DNA of 39,885 nucleotides from a virus (IMGVR_UViG_3300042900_000713:1-39885), one strand, 5' to 3'. Shown: positions 30,501 through 37,761, counted from the first letter of the stretch. Notes: generated by a model not told the origin, from the letters alone. Translations and numbers: made by a program.

Positions 30501-33452
30501 TTGATCATCATCAATTATAGTCACATAGTAAGAAGTTGAAGATGATAATCCACCTATAACAGTTTCGGTGGGATTGTATGTAATAACTTCACCACTATTA
30601 TATCCATGATTTAAAACTGTAATAGTGTTTGATGCTGTATTAATACCACTTGCACTAGTTGCAACCAATTTGTTTTGATAGTTTATTCCACTATTTTCAA
30701 TAGTGATTGATCCTATTTTTTTCTTTTTATTTTTAGATTTAAATGAATGATTTCCTACTCCATAAGAAGTCAATTGAATAGTGTTAATTCCAATAACAGC
30801 ATCTTCAAATGACTTATGGAGTTTTATGTTATACGCATCTTGAACAGAGACAAAATACGTTGAATTTGTTGGTAGATTACCTATCGTAGATATACCGCCA
30901 ACAATAGGTGATTGTCCATCAGTTACGTAAATTACTTCTTCAGCATCTCTAAACTTATGATAACTAGAAAACCCAATTGTATTTGTAGGATTTAATTTTA
31001 CTAAACCTGCAGATCCAATTGAGTTAAAAGAAACACTATGATCAAAACTTGCTAGATTTACTTTTGCAGATGCTCCAGATCCATTACCACCGATAATATC
31101 AATCGTAGGATCTTCAAGGTAATCAAACCCAGGATCTATGATATCAATTCTCTCCAGTCCACCAATAACCGAGCAATATCCATTAGCCCCAAATCCATTA
31201 GGATCTATAATTGATAAAATTGGGGGATTGATTACGTCATACCCTGAACCAGGTGCAGATACCACAATATCTTCAATTGGACCATAAAAAACATTATCTG
31301 TTGATTTATAATTAAGAAGTTCTACTCCATTAATAAAAATACCAGTTAATCCAGGTACAGTTTCATAAATTTTTCCATCAATTTCTGGATTGGAAATTTT
31401 TCTAATTAATTTTTGTGGTTCAAGTATTTGTGTATCTAGATTATTGTAAGTAAACTTTGTAAGTTCAAATTTAGCATTCTTAACATCGGCATCTATAGAA
31501 ATAAAATTTTCAGTAAAAATATTATTCCTACTTCTTGCCAATTTTATTTCAGTACCACTTATTCTTTTGATAAAATAAACGCCCGTTGAAATTCCTAAAG
31601 AATTTCCCAATGATGGTTTATATACAATTGAATCTCCAGTATAAAACTTATGTGTACCTATGTCTAAAGTAGTACCTTTGTTTAAATTATCCGCATCATC
31701 TGGTAAAAAAGTTCCACTAAAAGATATTGAACCATCATTTATGCTTAATGGTATATTTAAATATGTTGGAAGTGATGGTGAAGCAACATATAAAGAATCT
31801 TGATCTAGATAAACATTTTGAACATTTGAAGTATATTTACTCAATGATGGATATTTGTTTTTATCAGTATTAGATAACTGAACTTTAGATACATTTTTTT
31901 GAACAATATATGTTTGATTTATATTTAAATTTTGATTTGATCCAAGTAAAACACTAAAAGATTTTTCATCATTAATAGAAGTAATATTTGTAATCAGTGG
32001 ATCACCTGAAGAGGGAATTAAAGATATTGAATCTCCTAATCTAAAAGAATGATTATCAGGCACAGTAAAGGTGTATGAACCTTCAGCAGCATTATCTAAA
32101 GTTGAAATTCCGGAAACTGAGTATTTTACCGGAATATTGAAAAACCAATTATTTGCTTTAACATCTTTACTATCAATACCTAAAGTTTTTATTTTTACAA
32201 TATCTCCTTTTGAATAAAAAAGAGTATTATCAGGTATCGGTAAATCGGATAAAACACCAAGAATTCTAATTTTTACTATCTCTTCGTTAGAATATCCATA
32301 TACAAAGAAATCTGATTTGACTTCTGTTGCTGAAGGAATGTCTTGAGTAATTCCAATACAATCTAAAAATTGATTTAGTGTTTTTGACGCATAAGTAACA
32401 TTTAAAGATGTTCCATTATCAAGATCAATAATTAAGTTCCCATTTGAATTTGGAAATGCTACGGTAGAGTCTACTTCTAGTGTTGTTGATCCAGAAATTA
32501 CTGAAGATACTGATACTATTCGTGTTTTTGGGTGTATTTGAAATTTTCCATAAACACTTCCGCTTGGTTGTATATCTTTATCATAATCCGAATCTAAACT
32601 TATAACATAATAATCTTTAGATTCTCTTCTAATTTTTTCAACATTAGTTATAGTTCCCTGTGCTCTGTTTATATTTTCAGTTTCATCTTGGTAGAGAGTT
32701 GTATTTACAAGATCTTCAGGATTCCCTTCGATTTTTTCTACAACTAAATCAGAAGTGATTCTATATTGTGCGCTAGATGGTTGAATTAAATAATCTCTAG
32801 GTCTAATGACTTCAACATTTTGTCCATATAATGCACCAAATAAAATTTTAAAGGAATTGTCAGTTCCTTTTGAAGAATAAAAATCAATAGATTGCTTTAC
32901 AAAAAGTCTTTCATCTAAATCAACATATAATTCTCTTTCTTCAAATCCTGGGGTAATTTGCTTTTTAACTTTCTTGAAAAATTCTTTAAGAAAAAGAATA
33001 CTTAAGTTAGATACTTTTGTGGATAAGATATGTTCTTCTACTTGTGTTTCAGAAAAACTTAACTGATCCTTAATTTCGTATGATGTAGTTCCATCGAAAC
33101 CACGAATGCACCCTTCAAAAGATGTAGACGTTTTTGAGGTATATGTAATAATCTCAGAATCTATTAAAATAAGTCCATATGAATCCGGAAATCCTAATGT
33201 TGAATCAACATTAATTGTAGTATCAAAAAATGTTACATTTGATGATAATTTAGTTGATTCAATTAAATTTGCTAAGTTATCAACTTTAATATATTGATCA
33301 ATATTTTGAAGTATATCACTAGTGTGTCCATCACTTTCTAATGAAATATAATATTGTGATAAAAATTCAGAAACAAGAGGAAACTCTTCTTTAACAAACT
33401 CTGGAAGTTGATTTTGAATGATTGAACTGATTTTGATTCTGGTTTTTCTCAT
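21528..33452 (-). CDS. g7: Giant baseplate wedge initiator (gp7-like), 3974 aa
   Basis: Lies between g6 and g8. N-terminus KISSIIQNQLPEFVKEEFPL and FYSSKGTDNSFKILFGALYG; WDNPVSSLNHTAGFKKFG; many GxGY and H-x-x-x-TG(D/E)-x-(I/V)-x-Y repeats. Confidence 0.85.
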   Translation of the reverse strand: MRKTRIKISSIIQNQLPEFVKEEFPLVSEFLSQYYISLESDGHTSDILQNIDQYIKVDNLANLIESTKLSSNVTFFDTTINVDSTLGFPDSYGLILIDSEIITYTSKTSTSFEGCIRGFDGTTSYEIKDQLSFSETQVEEHILSTKVSNLSILFLKEFFKKVKKQITPGFEERELYVDLDERLFVKQSIDFYSSKGTDNSFKILFGALYGQNVEVIRPRDYLIQPSSAQYRITSDLVVEKIEGNPEDLVNTTLYQDETENINRAQGTITNVEKIRRESKDYYVISLDSDYDKDIQPSGSVYGKFQIHPKTRIVSVSSVISGSTTLEVDSTVAFPNSNGNLIIDLDNGTSLNVTYASKTLNQFLDCIGITQDIPSATEVKSDFFVYGYSNEEIVKIRILGVLSDLPIPDNTLFYSKGDIVKIKTLGIDSKDVKANNWFFNIPVKYSVSGISTLDNAAEGSYTFTVPDNHSFRLGDSISLIPSSGDPLITNITSINDEKSFSVLLGSNQNLNINQTYIVQKNVSKVQLSNTDKNKYPSLSKYTSNVQNVYLDQDSLYVASPSLPTYLNIPLSINDGSISFSGTFLPDDADNLNKGTTLDIGTHKFYTGDSIVYKPSLGNSLGISTGVYFIKRISGTEIKLARSRNNIFTENFISIDADVKNAKFELTKFTYNNLDTQILEPQKLIRKISNPEIDGKIYETVPGLTGIFINGVELLNYKSTDNVFYGPIEDIVVSAPGSGYDVINPPILSIIDPNGFGANGYCSVIGGLERIDIIDPGFDYLEDPTIDIIGGNGSGASAKVNLASFDHSVSFNSIGSAGLVKLNPTNTIGFSSYHKFRDAEEVIYVTDGQSPIVGGISTIGNLPTNSTYFVSVQDAYNIKLHKSFEDAVIGINTIQLTSYGVGNHSFKSKNKKKKIGSITIENSGINYQNKLVATSASGINTASNTITVLNHGYNSGEVITYNPTETVIGGLSSSTSYYVTIIDDDQFKLSQIGIGTLGVTKKFYYDTNQYVNLTSSGVGSHRFNYPEISVSISGRIGVSTLSGQNFNAIAQPIFRGQIQSIFISSGGLNYGSEDIINYNRQPLFELNSGSGIQLTPIISNGQIVDVLVNSSGNGYNSPPNLQIDGTGTGAVLTPILSNGSLVEVKVIYGGIGYNHTDTSITVTPAGLDAKFEAQIKSWKINLVERLVINSQISVDEGILTPGLNSNYGLQYSHAYAPKYLKNIVQIANSHSPIIGWAYDGNPIYGPYGYASKTGGKVIPLISGYDLIDSPSSRPRESIYPKGFFIEDYNFVGNKDSDEFNKLDEHNGRFGITPEYPNGVYAYFSTINSVSKKPIFPYIIGPSYKAKPIDFNFNSYSNQDYIDINQTNWKRNITPYNISSYDYLLNPNKIKEQNSIVKSVLEGSIDSIEIFDGGQNYKINDRLIFNHQSGFGAKAKISSIKGKQVTQISVATSSFNEIEFYPYNQSFIGFTSIPHNYSNNDLVTFTGSNDYKKSGNIVVNTNNLTLTSGIGSAQYTGIITYFNVSGDLSYPNIKENDIYQIQNEKIKILNIDSRSSRIKVLRNQNGTTGLTSYVAGIGFTEKTRKLKLNFGISTTYNFNVNKEFYFNPRESVGLGTTSGVGIVSTIYFSNPGVGVTQITIPTQSIYIENHNLNTGDSLIYSSNGGNAISISTNGSSSFQLEENSIVYAAKISNDLIGISTIKVGLGSIGNFVSVGSTLKSGILYFTSVGTGNNHSFTTNYTNTLTGNISKNVVTVSTAETHGLSLLDNVNINVRPGISTTLVVKYDDYNRRLVINPRTFSSIDTINNIITINNHQYYTGQKVIYTATTPATGLINFGIYYIVTIDSNKIKLSDTYYGSVKLPPEIIDITTSYPGTISPINPPLNLTKNKRVVFDLSDSSLSFNANSTNYSAFEFRFYRDEQFIDEFNTTQSSQIFDISGIGTIGITSTANITLTINDSTPTNLFYKLVPTNLDRNSQIKKDILIDTEVRGFNKITLSESKYNGEYSVVGITSTTFSFNILEFPEEPIYTQGIEYYTNNSLSAQGSIYEVKVLSKGKGYSRLPSVTSIESNLGLNAIVKPKTSSIGKITSIEIQDIGFDYSADYSVRPTTKFPSILVLEPLSFFDYIEINSIGKDYTASPDLVVIDGITNKIVSDVDLFYNLGDSLVTIRKNSSSLNNAIPKIIPTNNSNGIKIDNITFNNSTKNVTVTIGASFSNPEDYPFEVGSKVLIEGISVGVNSTGKGYNSSNYDYALFTLTAVDPNLGGSVGVVTYNLSSYLNNEEIPGTFKINSSAGRIIPESYFPTFNPILKKNSFYEGEIIYFESSVGNVQFWDPDNQYLKISTVDDFPIGSNIRGKTSNSVGIINDILSYESNYAVDSSSKTRKGWNTETGFLNNDFQRIHDSDYYQYFSYELKSQKDLTTWDNPVSSLNHTAGFKKFGNLIIESKPLNIGISTDQNQGDFSGTADLSRFIDLNCVYDFDLARENNLIIDDTITSNEILFDSRVIQDYIESIGNRVLVIDNISNEFNSNPRATEFSIVDSFTLTNVRSKKYFILIQDQKFINEKQFSAIVLLHDNNVGFMNQYGLNVVESPNLGFFDFSVSGTSGNLLFYPVKTKFNNYNLQIFSFSLNDSLSGIGTVDLGNSVHINTSNTIIPQGTGISTSIVGIASTYRASKVLVQIGATDSSYYEVDEITIINDGNQIHLLDYGQITTDSFTSRSSLGIGTYNAYLSGSEIKIDLIPDTVTSIDYIVNTFNVSLANTSASGIGTEIIGGSSLNSSSVAISSSVSPVANIISSYSNTNYNSSYYIISIEDKTNSKYQVSEILVVTNYEENQCYITEFGILQTESSLGITTAGISGANTEIYFTPIQDIDVDIKVFAINIGLSNNIDDISLINGSLEYDYGIYTGTNSDIKKEFELKHKNIPIFERYIDGTNPDIIKVDKNIITIPYNYYVTGEEIIYSYPTKSAQAIGIATTSVPGIGVTDKLPPKLYVVKLNDSQIRVSTSASDALKTTPKVLELTSVGIGSSHLFTSKNQNKKAIIGIDNVIQSPIVSTAITSSLIRNLTAFSSLVYVSGITSVYGGDLIKIDEEIMKVTAVGVGSTNSISVVRPWMGTGLSTHSSSSLVSKVYGNYNIVGNKIYFSEAPYGKVPFVNQSNRADEQDYVGIATGSSFSGRIFLRSGIADSNNESYSNNYIFDDISNDFDGIQKTFTLKSNGTNVSGISTDNTIVLVNEIFQGPNFVDYDLSESSGITSISFTGSATSTSYDVNTSSIPRGGIILSVGSTQGFAYQPLVSAGGTAVVSVAGTIQSISIGNSGSGYRSGIQTVVNVGVVTSNVGIPNIQLIGTASISGGSVVSVAITNPGVGYTSSNPPIVIFDDPLSYSNIPLIYNSQSSSGVGTGAVVDIIVGQGSSVISFELKNFGYGYNINEVLTVSIGGTIGIPTNTSLSFSEFQLSIDGVYSDAFTAWTVGSLQVIDPIDSLFDGNRKSFPIRIGGNQTSIRTKKGSIIDVQATLLIFINDILQVPGEGYRFSGGSIIRFTEAPKEGDTSKIIFYRGTADIDTLDVDILETIKQGDKVTLTSNDIKLKENSRLVTEIISSDILSTNLYSGPGITENEDLSRPLTWCRQTEDLVINGKQVGKDRVLYEPYIQPTTNIIQNIGIGSSIIFVESVKAFFDSEKEYTHDGITEKPQNKIIIISQDSIVSSSATAVVSTSGTISSIIISDNGNGYTTIPTVSIAGPIGFGTTTIQNTARALATISGGVVTGIAITSAGLGYTFTYPPVVLIETPPTKYEIIDKISYEGDFGIITGVQTTSVGVASTGIVFDLFIPTNSIIRDSSIVKVGIATTGISGIQTGYYFIVHSSNVGNGLTSLNLSGGVVGVGTTFINNIYQVASVSIAQTAVPGVGLTNVTKVTVSVSNYNNLTGLGFSDFYGEYSWGRILTPIRPNPDEFITYANIGGISSSPVIQRYNRLKYSNYNT

Positions 33453-33456
33453 GTTA

Positions 33457-35367
33457 TTATATTCTTACGAGGTCTCCGTTAGTGTAACTTGATGTAAATT
33501 TATAAGAAGATCCAGATATATCTGAACCTGAAGAAATCTCATCTGATAACATATTTAACGTAATGTTATTAATATCTAGTTGTAAATATAAATCTTGCAA
33601 TCCAATTACATCATTCGATTTTGGAATAACTGATATTTCAATTATTGGTCTAGAAAATGATGATTTTGAGGTTGAAATTATATTAACTGGATATAATTTT
33701 ATTTCACCTTTAACATAATCAATTATACCAACATTTCTTTTTACAATTACTGGTTGTGTACTTGATTGCAATTTAAAAAAGAAAATAGTGCCAGTTAATC
33801 CATTAGAGTTTGGGATGTCTGTCAAATAAAGTGTTTCATTAACTCCCGCTATATTGAATCCAGAAGATTTAATATTATACCCACTTTGGGTTTTAATGTG
33901 AAATTGATTGCCATAGCAAATTTCATAGTCTGCAAATGTATTCAATACTACACCCAAATCACGTCTCATTATAACTTTAGTAATGTTTGAGGTAACTGCA
34001 CTATTTGAATCGTCAATAATTTTTAAATATTTGCTATATTTAAATCTTGCTCCATACTTATTAAGTTCTTTTGAGTTTGTATAATTTCTAATGTTAGATA
34101 AAATAACATCCTTGATAGTGTTTGCCTCAAAAGTTGAATTTGAATTATAATATGCAGTGGTATCTGTTTCAAGATAAAGATATTTTAGATCAATAATTTC
34201 AGGAACAATTCCTGCTACGGAGTATCTTCTTAAAGAACTTTTAATATTATCCTTTATTTGATTAGAAACAAATGGTCCATTGATTGGTTTAATACTAATA
34301 AACACCCTACCATACTTTGGTGGATTTAAATCTTCTCCACCAAAGACTGATATTGATTCTGCTTCCGAATAAATCGTAGGTATTATGGTTTCGTAATCAG
34401 TTGCTGTGACAGCACGATTTTGTGATGAATACTTTCTTGGAGCATATTTTCTAATAGATTCTACAGATTCTATTTCTCTTCCATTTTGTGAAGATGAATT
34501 TGTAGTAATAAGTGAAATGCCAGTTGTTACAACTCTATTATTGTTATCAACAATTCTCCCATTGAAGTTGAATGAAGATGCTCCATTTGCACTTTCTCCA
34601 TTTGTAATATTATAAGAAACCTCAATGTAATTTAAATTGTTTAATTTCTTACCAAAAATTCCATCACCAAAAATTAATTCATATCTCTGATCTTCAATTT
34701 CTTGAATAAAAAATACTTTTGATTCTGAACTTATATCAAATAAATTCTTAGATAATTTAAAAGAATTTTTAACAGTAGATAATTGTGTGTCCCTTACGAA
34801 GACATTGATTGAATCTATATCAATATTAGCATTTTCTAAAATAAATTTTTGATTTGGATTATTTGCATCTACATTGAAATTATTAACAATAAATGTTCCT
34901 TCGTAAATATCTACATTTTCAAATAATGCAATTCCATTTATTACCGGAACAGTTATATCTTGAGGAATGATGAAGGAAAAATTTTGATTACCAAAACTAG
35001 TACTTGTAGTAGCAACAACCCCACTCTTAAGAGTTAATGTGAGAGGATTAGTTGTAAATTGAGTTGTGTCTATAAAAAATGTAATGTTTGCTTTGGATGC
35101 TGAACGGGAATGAGGAACGTATCCAATGTTTCTTGCAAGAGATACTACGTTCTCGCGAAGAGTAGCGCCATCAATAAACACCTCATTGCTAATCATATTA
35201 GCATTATATGAGGATATGTAAGTATTATATGCGAGAGTATCAATTATAATTGATAGGTTAGATCCTTCAAAATCATAGTCCGTAAAATTGGAGTTCGCCC
35301 TAAGATACTCGCGAATGGAGGATTTTATTTGATCAAAATCTAAATTTGTAAAATTTACTAATGCCAT
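33457..35367 (-). CDS. g6: Baseplate wedge subunit
   Basis: NFTNLDFDQIKSSIREYLRANSNFTDYDFEGSNLS...ATLRENVVSLARNIGYVP...APRKYSSQNRAVTATDYE. Confidence 0.96.
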   Translation of the reverse strand: MALVNFTNLDFDQIKSSIREYLRANSNFTDYDFEGSNLSIIIDTLAYNTYISSYNANMISNEVFIDGATLRENVVSLARNIGYVPHSRSASKANITFFIDTTQFTTNPLTLTLKSGVVATTSTSFGNQNFSFIIPQDITVPVINGIALFENVDIYEGTFIVNNFNVDANNPNQKFILENANIDIDSINVFVRDTQLSTVKNSFKLSKNLFDISSESKVFFIQEIEDQRYELIFGDGIFGKKLNNLNYIEVSYNITNGESANGASSFNFNGRIVDNNNRVVTTGISLITTNSSSQNGREIESVESIRKYAPRKYSSQNRAVTATDYETIIPTIYSEAESISVFGGEDLNPPKYGRVFISIKPINGPFVSNQIKDNIKSSLRRYSVAGIVPEIIDLKYLYLETDTTAYYNSNSTFEANTIKDVILSNIRNYTNSKELNKYGARFKYSKYLKIIDDSNSAVTSNITKVIMRRDLGVVLNTFADYEICYGNQFHIKTQSGYNIKSSGFNIAGVNETLYLTDIPNSNGLTGTIFFFKLQSSTQPVIVKRNVGIIDYVKGEIKLYPVNIISTSKSSFSRPIIEISVIPKSNDVIGLQDLYLQLDINNITLNMLSDEISSGSDISGSSYKFTSSYTNGDLVRI

Positions 35368-35768
35368 TATCGTGTTGACTGAAGAGCGAATGATAATTGT
35401 TGAGGAAGAACATCAATCCCAACAATTCTGTAATTTATAGTAACATTAAATTCATTTTCATCATAATTTGGAGAAACAACTACATCAATTAGATTGACTC
35501 TTGGTTCGTAATTATTAATAGTATTTTTTATTTCATCTTGAATAACTGATGCTGAAATCTCATCCATATTTTCAAAAAGAGAACGACTTACTTTAGAACC
35601 CAAATTTTCATTAAAAAATCGTTCTCCGGGCAGAGTAAATACAAGGTTTCTTACTGAACGTGCAATTGCAGATTCATTTTTAAGACCAATAAGATCATAG
35701 TTCAGAGGATTAACCTGAAATGTCATACTTATATCTTTAAATCCCTTACTTATCCTCTCTAGAGGCAT
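35367..35768 (-). CDS. g25: Baseplate wedge subunit
   Basis: FKDISMTF...NESAIARSVRNLVFTLPGERFFNENLGS...INNYEPRVNL; stop overlaps the g6 start. Confidence 0.95.
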   Translation of the reverse strand: MPLERISKGFKDISMTFQVNPLNYDLIGLKNESAIARSVRNLVFTLPGERFFNENLGSKVSRSLFENMDEISASVIQDEIKNTINNYEPRVNLIDVVVSPNYDENEFNVTINYRIVGIDVLPQQLSFALQSTR

Positions 35769-35770
35769 AA

Positions 35771-35797
35771 TAATACAGATAAATCTGTATTATTTAT
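35771..35797 (-). promoter_or_regulatory. Late promoter ATAAATA followed by a 10-bp inverted repeat in the g25 leader
   Basis: TATTTAT at 35791-35797; TAATACAGAT-aa-ATCTGTATTA at 35771-35792, ending 2 nt before the g25 ATG. Confidence 0.6.
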
Positions 35798-36010
35798 TCA
35801 ACTTTTTTTACCTTCATAAAGAGGTTCTGTTCCATATTCCCAATCATCATAATCTTCATCATTGCGAATTTTTTCATGAAGTTCATTTTGAATTTGAAAA
35901 TCATGTTTTTTAGGTGTCAATAAATCATTATTAATTTCACGGAGCATTTTTTTATCCAAATGATCCGCTCCCCAAGTTTGTCTCATAAAATTTACATTTC
36001 TATCTGACAT
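35798..36010 (-). CDS. Small acidic hypothetical protein, 70 aa
   Basis: AGGAG Shine-Dalgarno at 36019-36023; co-oriented with the flanking genes. Confidence 0.8.
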   Translation of the reverse strand: MSDRNVNFMRQTWGADHLDKKMLREINNDLLTPKKHDFQIQNELHEKIRNDEDYDDWEYGTEPLYEGKKS

Positions 36011-36110
36011 TGTGTGTCTCCTGATTTAATTAAAATCAGAACTTTTAAGGGGGTTTCTATCCCCATAGAAAGAAATTCAATTGTTATCTATCTATAAAAA
36101 ATGCAAGACA

Positions 36111-36135
36111 TAAAAAATCCGCCTATAAAGCGGAT
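36111..36135 (-). terminator. Rho-independent terminator
   Basis: Minus strand ATCCGC-tttatag-GCGGAT followed by a T run (TTTTTAT), about 10 nt after the stop of the 46-aa ORF. Confidence 0.7.
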
Positions 36136-36144
36136 GAATGAGAA

Positions 36145-36285
36145 TTATTTTCCTTGACCTCGGTATTTTTTTCTTGCCTTATTCCGAGAAGTTGAAGCAT
36201 ATTTTGTATGCTTTCCAAGACCCTGACGGGTAGACTTGGGTTTAGATTCAATTTGATCTGAACTTAGATTTGGTCTTTTTGCCAT
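36145..36285 (-). CDS. Very basic 46-aa hypothetical protein
   Basis: Below the track cutoff. Manual translation MAKRPNLSSDQIESKPKSTRQGLGKHTKYASTSRNKARKKYRGQGK; GGAG Shine-Dalgarno-like sequence upstream and a terminator downstream. Confidence 0.75.
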   Translation of the reverse strand: MAKRPNLSSDQIESKPKSTRQGLGKHTKYASTSRNKARKKYRGQGK

Positions 36286-36301
36286 AGTTTAAAATCTCCA
36301 A

Positions 36302-37084
36302 TCAAATAATACGAGTTTTTTCATGACCTACACGAATACGTGGATCACACCAGATTTCAAATCCTTTTTCAATTGCATCAAGACAGAATGAAACGTCTTC
36401 ACCACACATATCCTGAACTGCACCAGACTCAAAGACTTGCATCTTTGGAGCAAACCATGGATATTCAAGATTCTCAAAGACTCCGTGCTTAATGAGTACC
36501 CAACCAAATCCAGTGTAATCAACTGTGAAAGGTTTGCGACGCTTACCAATTGATTCAACATTTTCATGATTCATCACTCCACCGTTCTTACGGAAGTCAT
36601 CTTCTTCTAACCAGTGTGCTACTGAGGTTGTGTGACCATCTTCAGTAGCATACCAACCGGCAACAATTTCTTTCTCTTTCACATTACCCTCTTCATCAGG
36701 TTCTGTTAATGCCATATCACAAAGTTGCCAAAACTTTTCTGTATTGAAAACAATATCAGAGTCAATCCAAAGTTGATAATCATAATTAAGTTTTCCATCC
36801 CAAGGAATTTGCTTGGGACCACGAAGAACATTTGCTCCTAAAACTTTACAACGTGCGAAATTAACCATTGATGAGTAGTCTTGAGAAATCTGAATACTCA
36901 TTCCATTTTGAACTAAATCAAAACATAATTGAACAAATGCTTTGAGAAATGTAAAAGAACACCCTCTACCTGGAAGGCAGAAAACAATTGATTTTCCTTT
37001 CATTCTATTTTTGATTGCATCATAATCCCAATCTTCAGTCTTGGGAGTTGGTGCTGCTGCTTTTACGGTGAAACCTTTAGCCAT
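36302..37084 (-). CDS. Glycosyltransferase-like protein (GT-A fold, DxD motif), 260 aa
   Basis: YDYQLWIDSDIVF; VDYTGFGWVLIK..VFE; GEDVSFCLDAIEKGFEIWCDPRIRVGHEK, a GT2-like signature. Confidence 0.75.
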   Translation of the reverse strand: MAKGFTVKAAAPTPKTEDWDYDAIKNRMKGKSIVFCLPGRGCSFTFLKAFVQLCFDLVQNGMSIQISQDYSSMVNFARCKVLGANVLRGPKQIPWDGKLNYDYQLWIDSDIVFNTEKFWQLCDMALTEPDEEGNVKEKEIVAGWYATEDGHTTSVAHWLEEDDFRKNGGVMNHENVESIGKRRKPFTVDYTGFGWVLIKHGVFENLEYPWFAPKMQVFESGAVQDMCGEDVSFCLDAIEKGFEIWCDPRIRVGHEKTRII

Positions 37085-37108
37085 AAGTTTTATTTAAACC
37101 TCAAGTCA

Positions 37109-37137
37109 ATTTTAGCGTTCTATTTAGATTTTGTCAA
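37109..37137 (-). promoter_or_regulatory. Sigma70-type promoter TTGACA-N17-TAAAAT with an embedded CTAAATA late-like motif
   Basis: -35 at 37132-37137, -10 at 37109-37114, exact 17-bp spacer, 24 nt upstream of the GT-like gene. Confidence 0.75.
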
Positions 37138-37319
37138 TACGAGGAACTTAACATTAATTCCTTATCTAAAGTTACTTCTTCGTACGATAGTTCTTTAGAA
37201 TTTGATAGAAGATCTGAGAGGCGATTTAGTGCAACCCAGGTTGTTGTAAAATCATCCTCTTTAAGTGAATGGTAAATGCATTGACCACGAGCATATATGT
37301 GATATATTGTTTGAGACAT
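37134..37319 (-). CDS. Hypothetical protein, 61 aa
   Basis: ORF track; co-oriented and fills the gap. Confidence 0.65.
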   Translation of the reverse strand: MSQTIYHIYARGQCIYHSLKEDDFTTTWVALNRLSDLLSNSKELSYEEVTLDKELMLSSSY

Positions 37320-37324
37320 ATATT

Positions 37325-37507
37325 TTATTTTGTCAACGCATTATATATCATCACCAATAAAAACCCCAGAGGTACTCCAATAATACGGAAAACCTTACCT
37401 GGGTAACGAATTAACCACCCAGCAAATACAACCTTCCAAAAATTCCAATAGGGGGTTTTTGGTGAATTTTTTTGGGCGCGGTTTTTTTGAGAGGCGGGGT
37501 AATTCAC
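37325..37507 (-). CDS. Small putative membrane protein, 60 aa (GTG start, exact start uncertain)
   Basis: PYWNFWKVVFAGWLIRYPG and hydrophobic C-terminus IIGVPLGFLLVMIYNAL; an extended -10 (TGcTATAAT) lies at 37551-37559. Confidence 0.65.
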   Translation of the reverse strand: MNYPASQKNRAQKNSPKTPYWNFWKVVFAGWLIRYPGKVFRIIGVPLGFLLVMIYNALTK

Positions 37508-37713
37508 TTTGATTTTTTTTTCGTCTGGGATTTTTTGTGTGCCTTAGAATATTATAGCATTTTTTGTGAGAGTCTTATATAACTATCGCGTTTCTTAAGA
37601 TTTGTAGGTTACAGGGACCCATCGATTTTTATCGGCATGGCGCCGCCCATAAGGATCGCTTATCATTAAAAACACTGTCCATAAGCACGACTAATGACTG
37701 TACTTAAGCACGA

Positions 37714-37756
37714 ACATAGTGGGTGCTAAGTGTAACGAACTCAGCACCCACTATGT
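37714..37756 (-). other. Strong hairpin (14-bp perfect stem, extendable to 18 bp with one G-U pair on the minus strand)
   Basis: ACATAGTGGGTGCT...AGCACCCACTATGT, 5 nt after the stop of ORF 37762-38064; no U-tract follows. Confidence 0.8.
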
Positions 37757-37761
37757 GTAAC

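Noticed and set aside
21528-33452. Diversity-generating retroelement or invertible tail-fibre cassette
   Set aside because: No reverse transcriptase, invertase or template/variable repeat pair was noticed by eye. A self dot-plot would be needed to exclude it fully.
1194-34615. Numerous 60-145 aa plus-strand ORFs
   Set aside because: All lie opposite well-supported minus-strand genes and show no motif or initiation signal. The 145-aa one at 15599 reflects the low-complexity sense segment.
35769-37760. tRNA genes in intergenic gaps
   Set aside because: No cloverleaf or GGTTCGAATCC-type T-arm was recognised.
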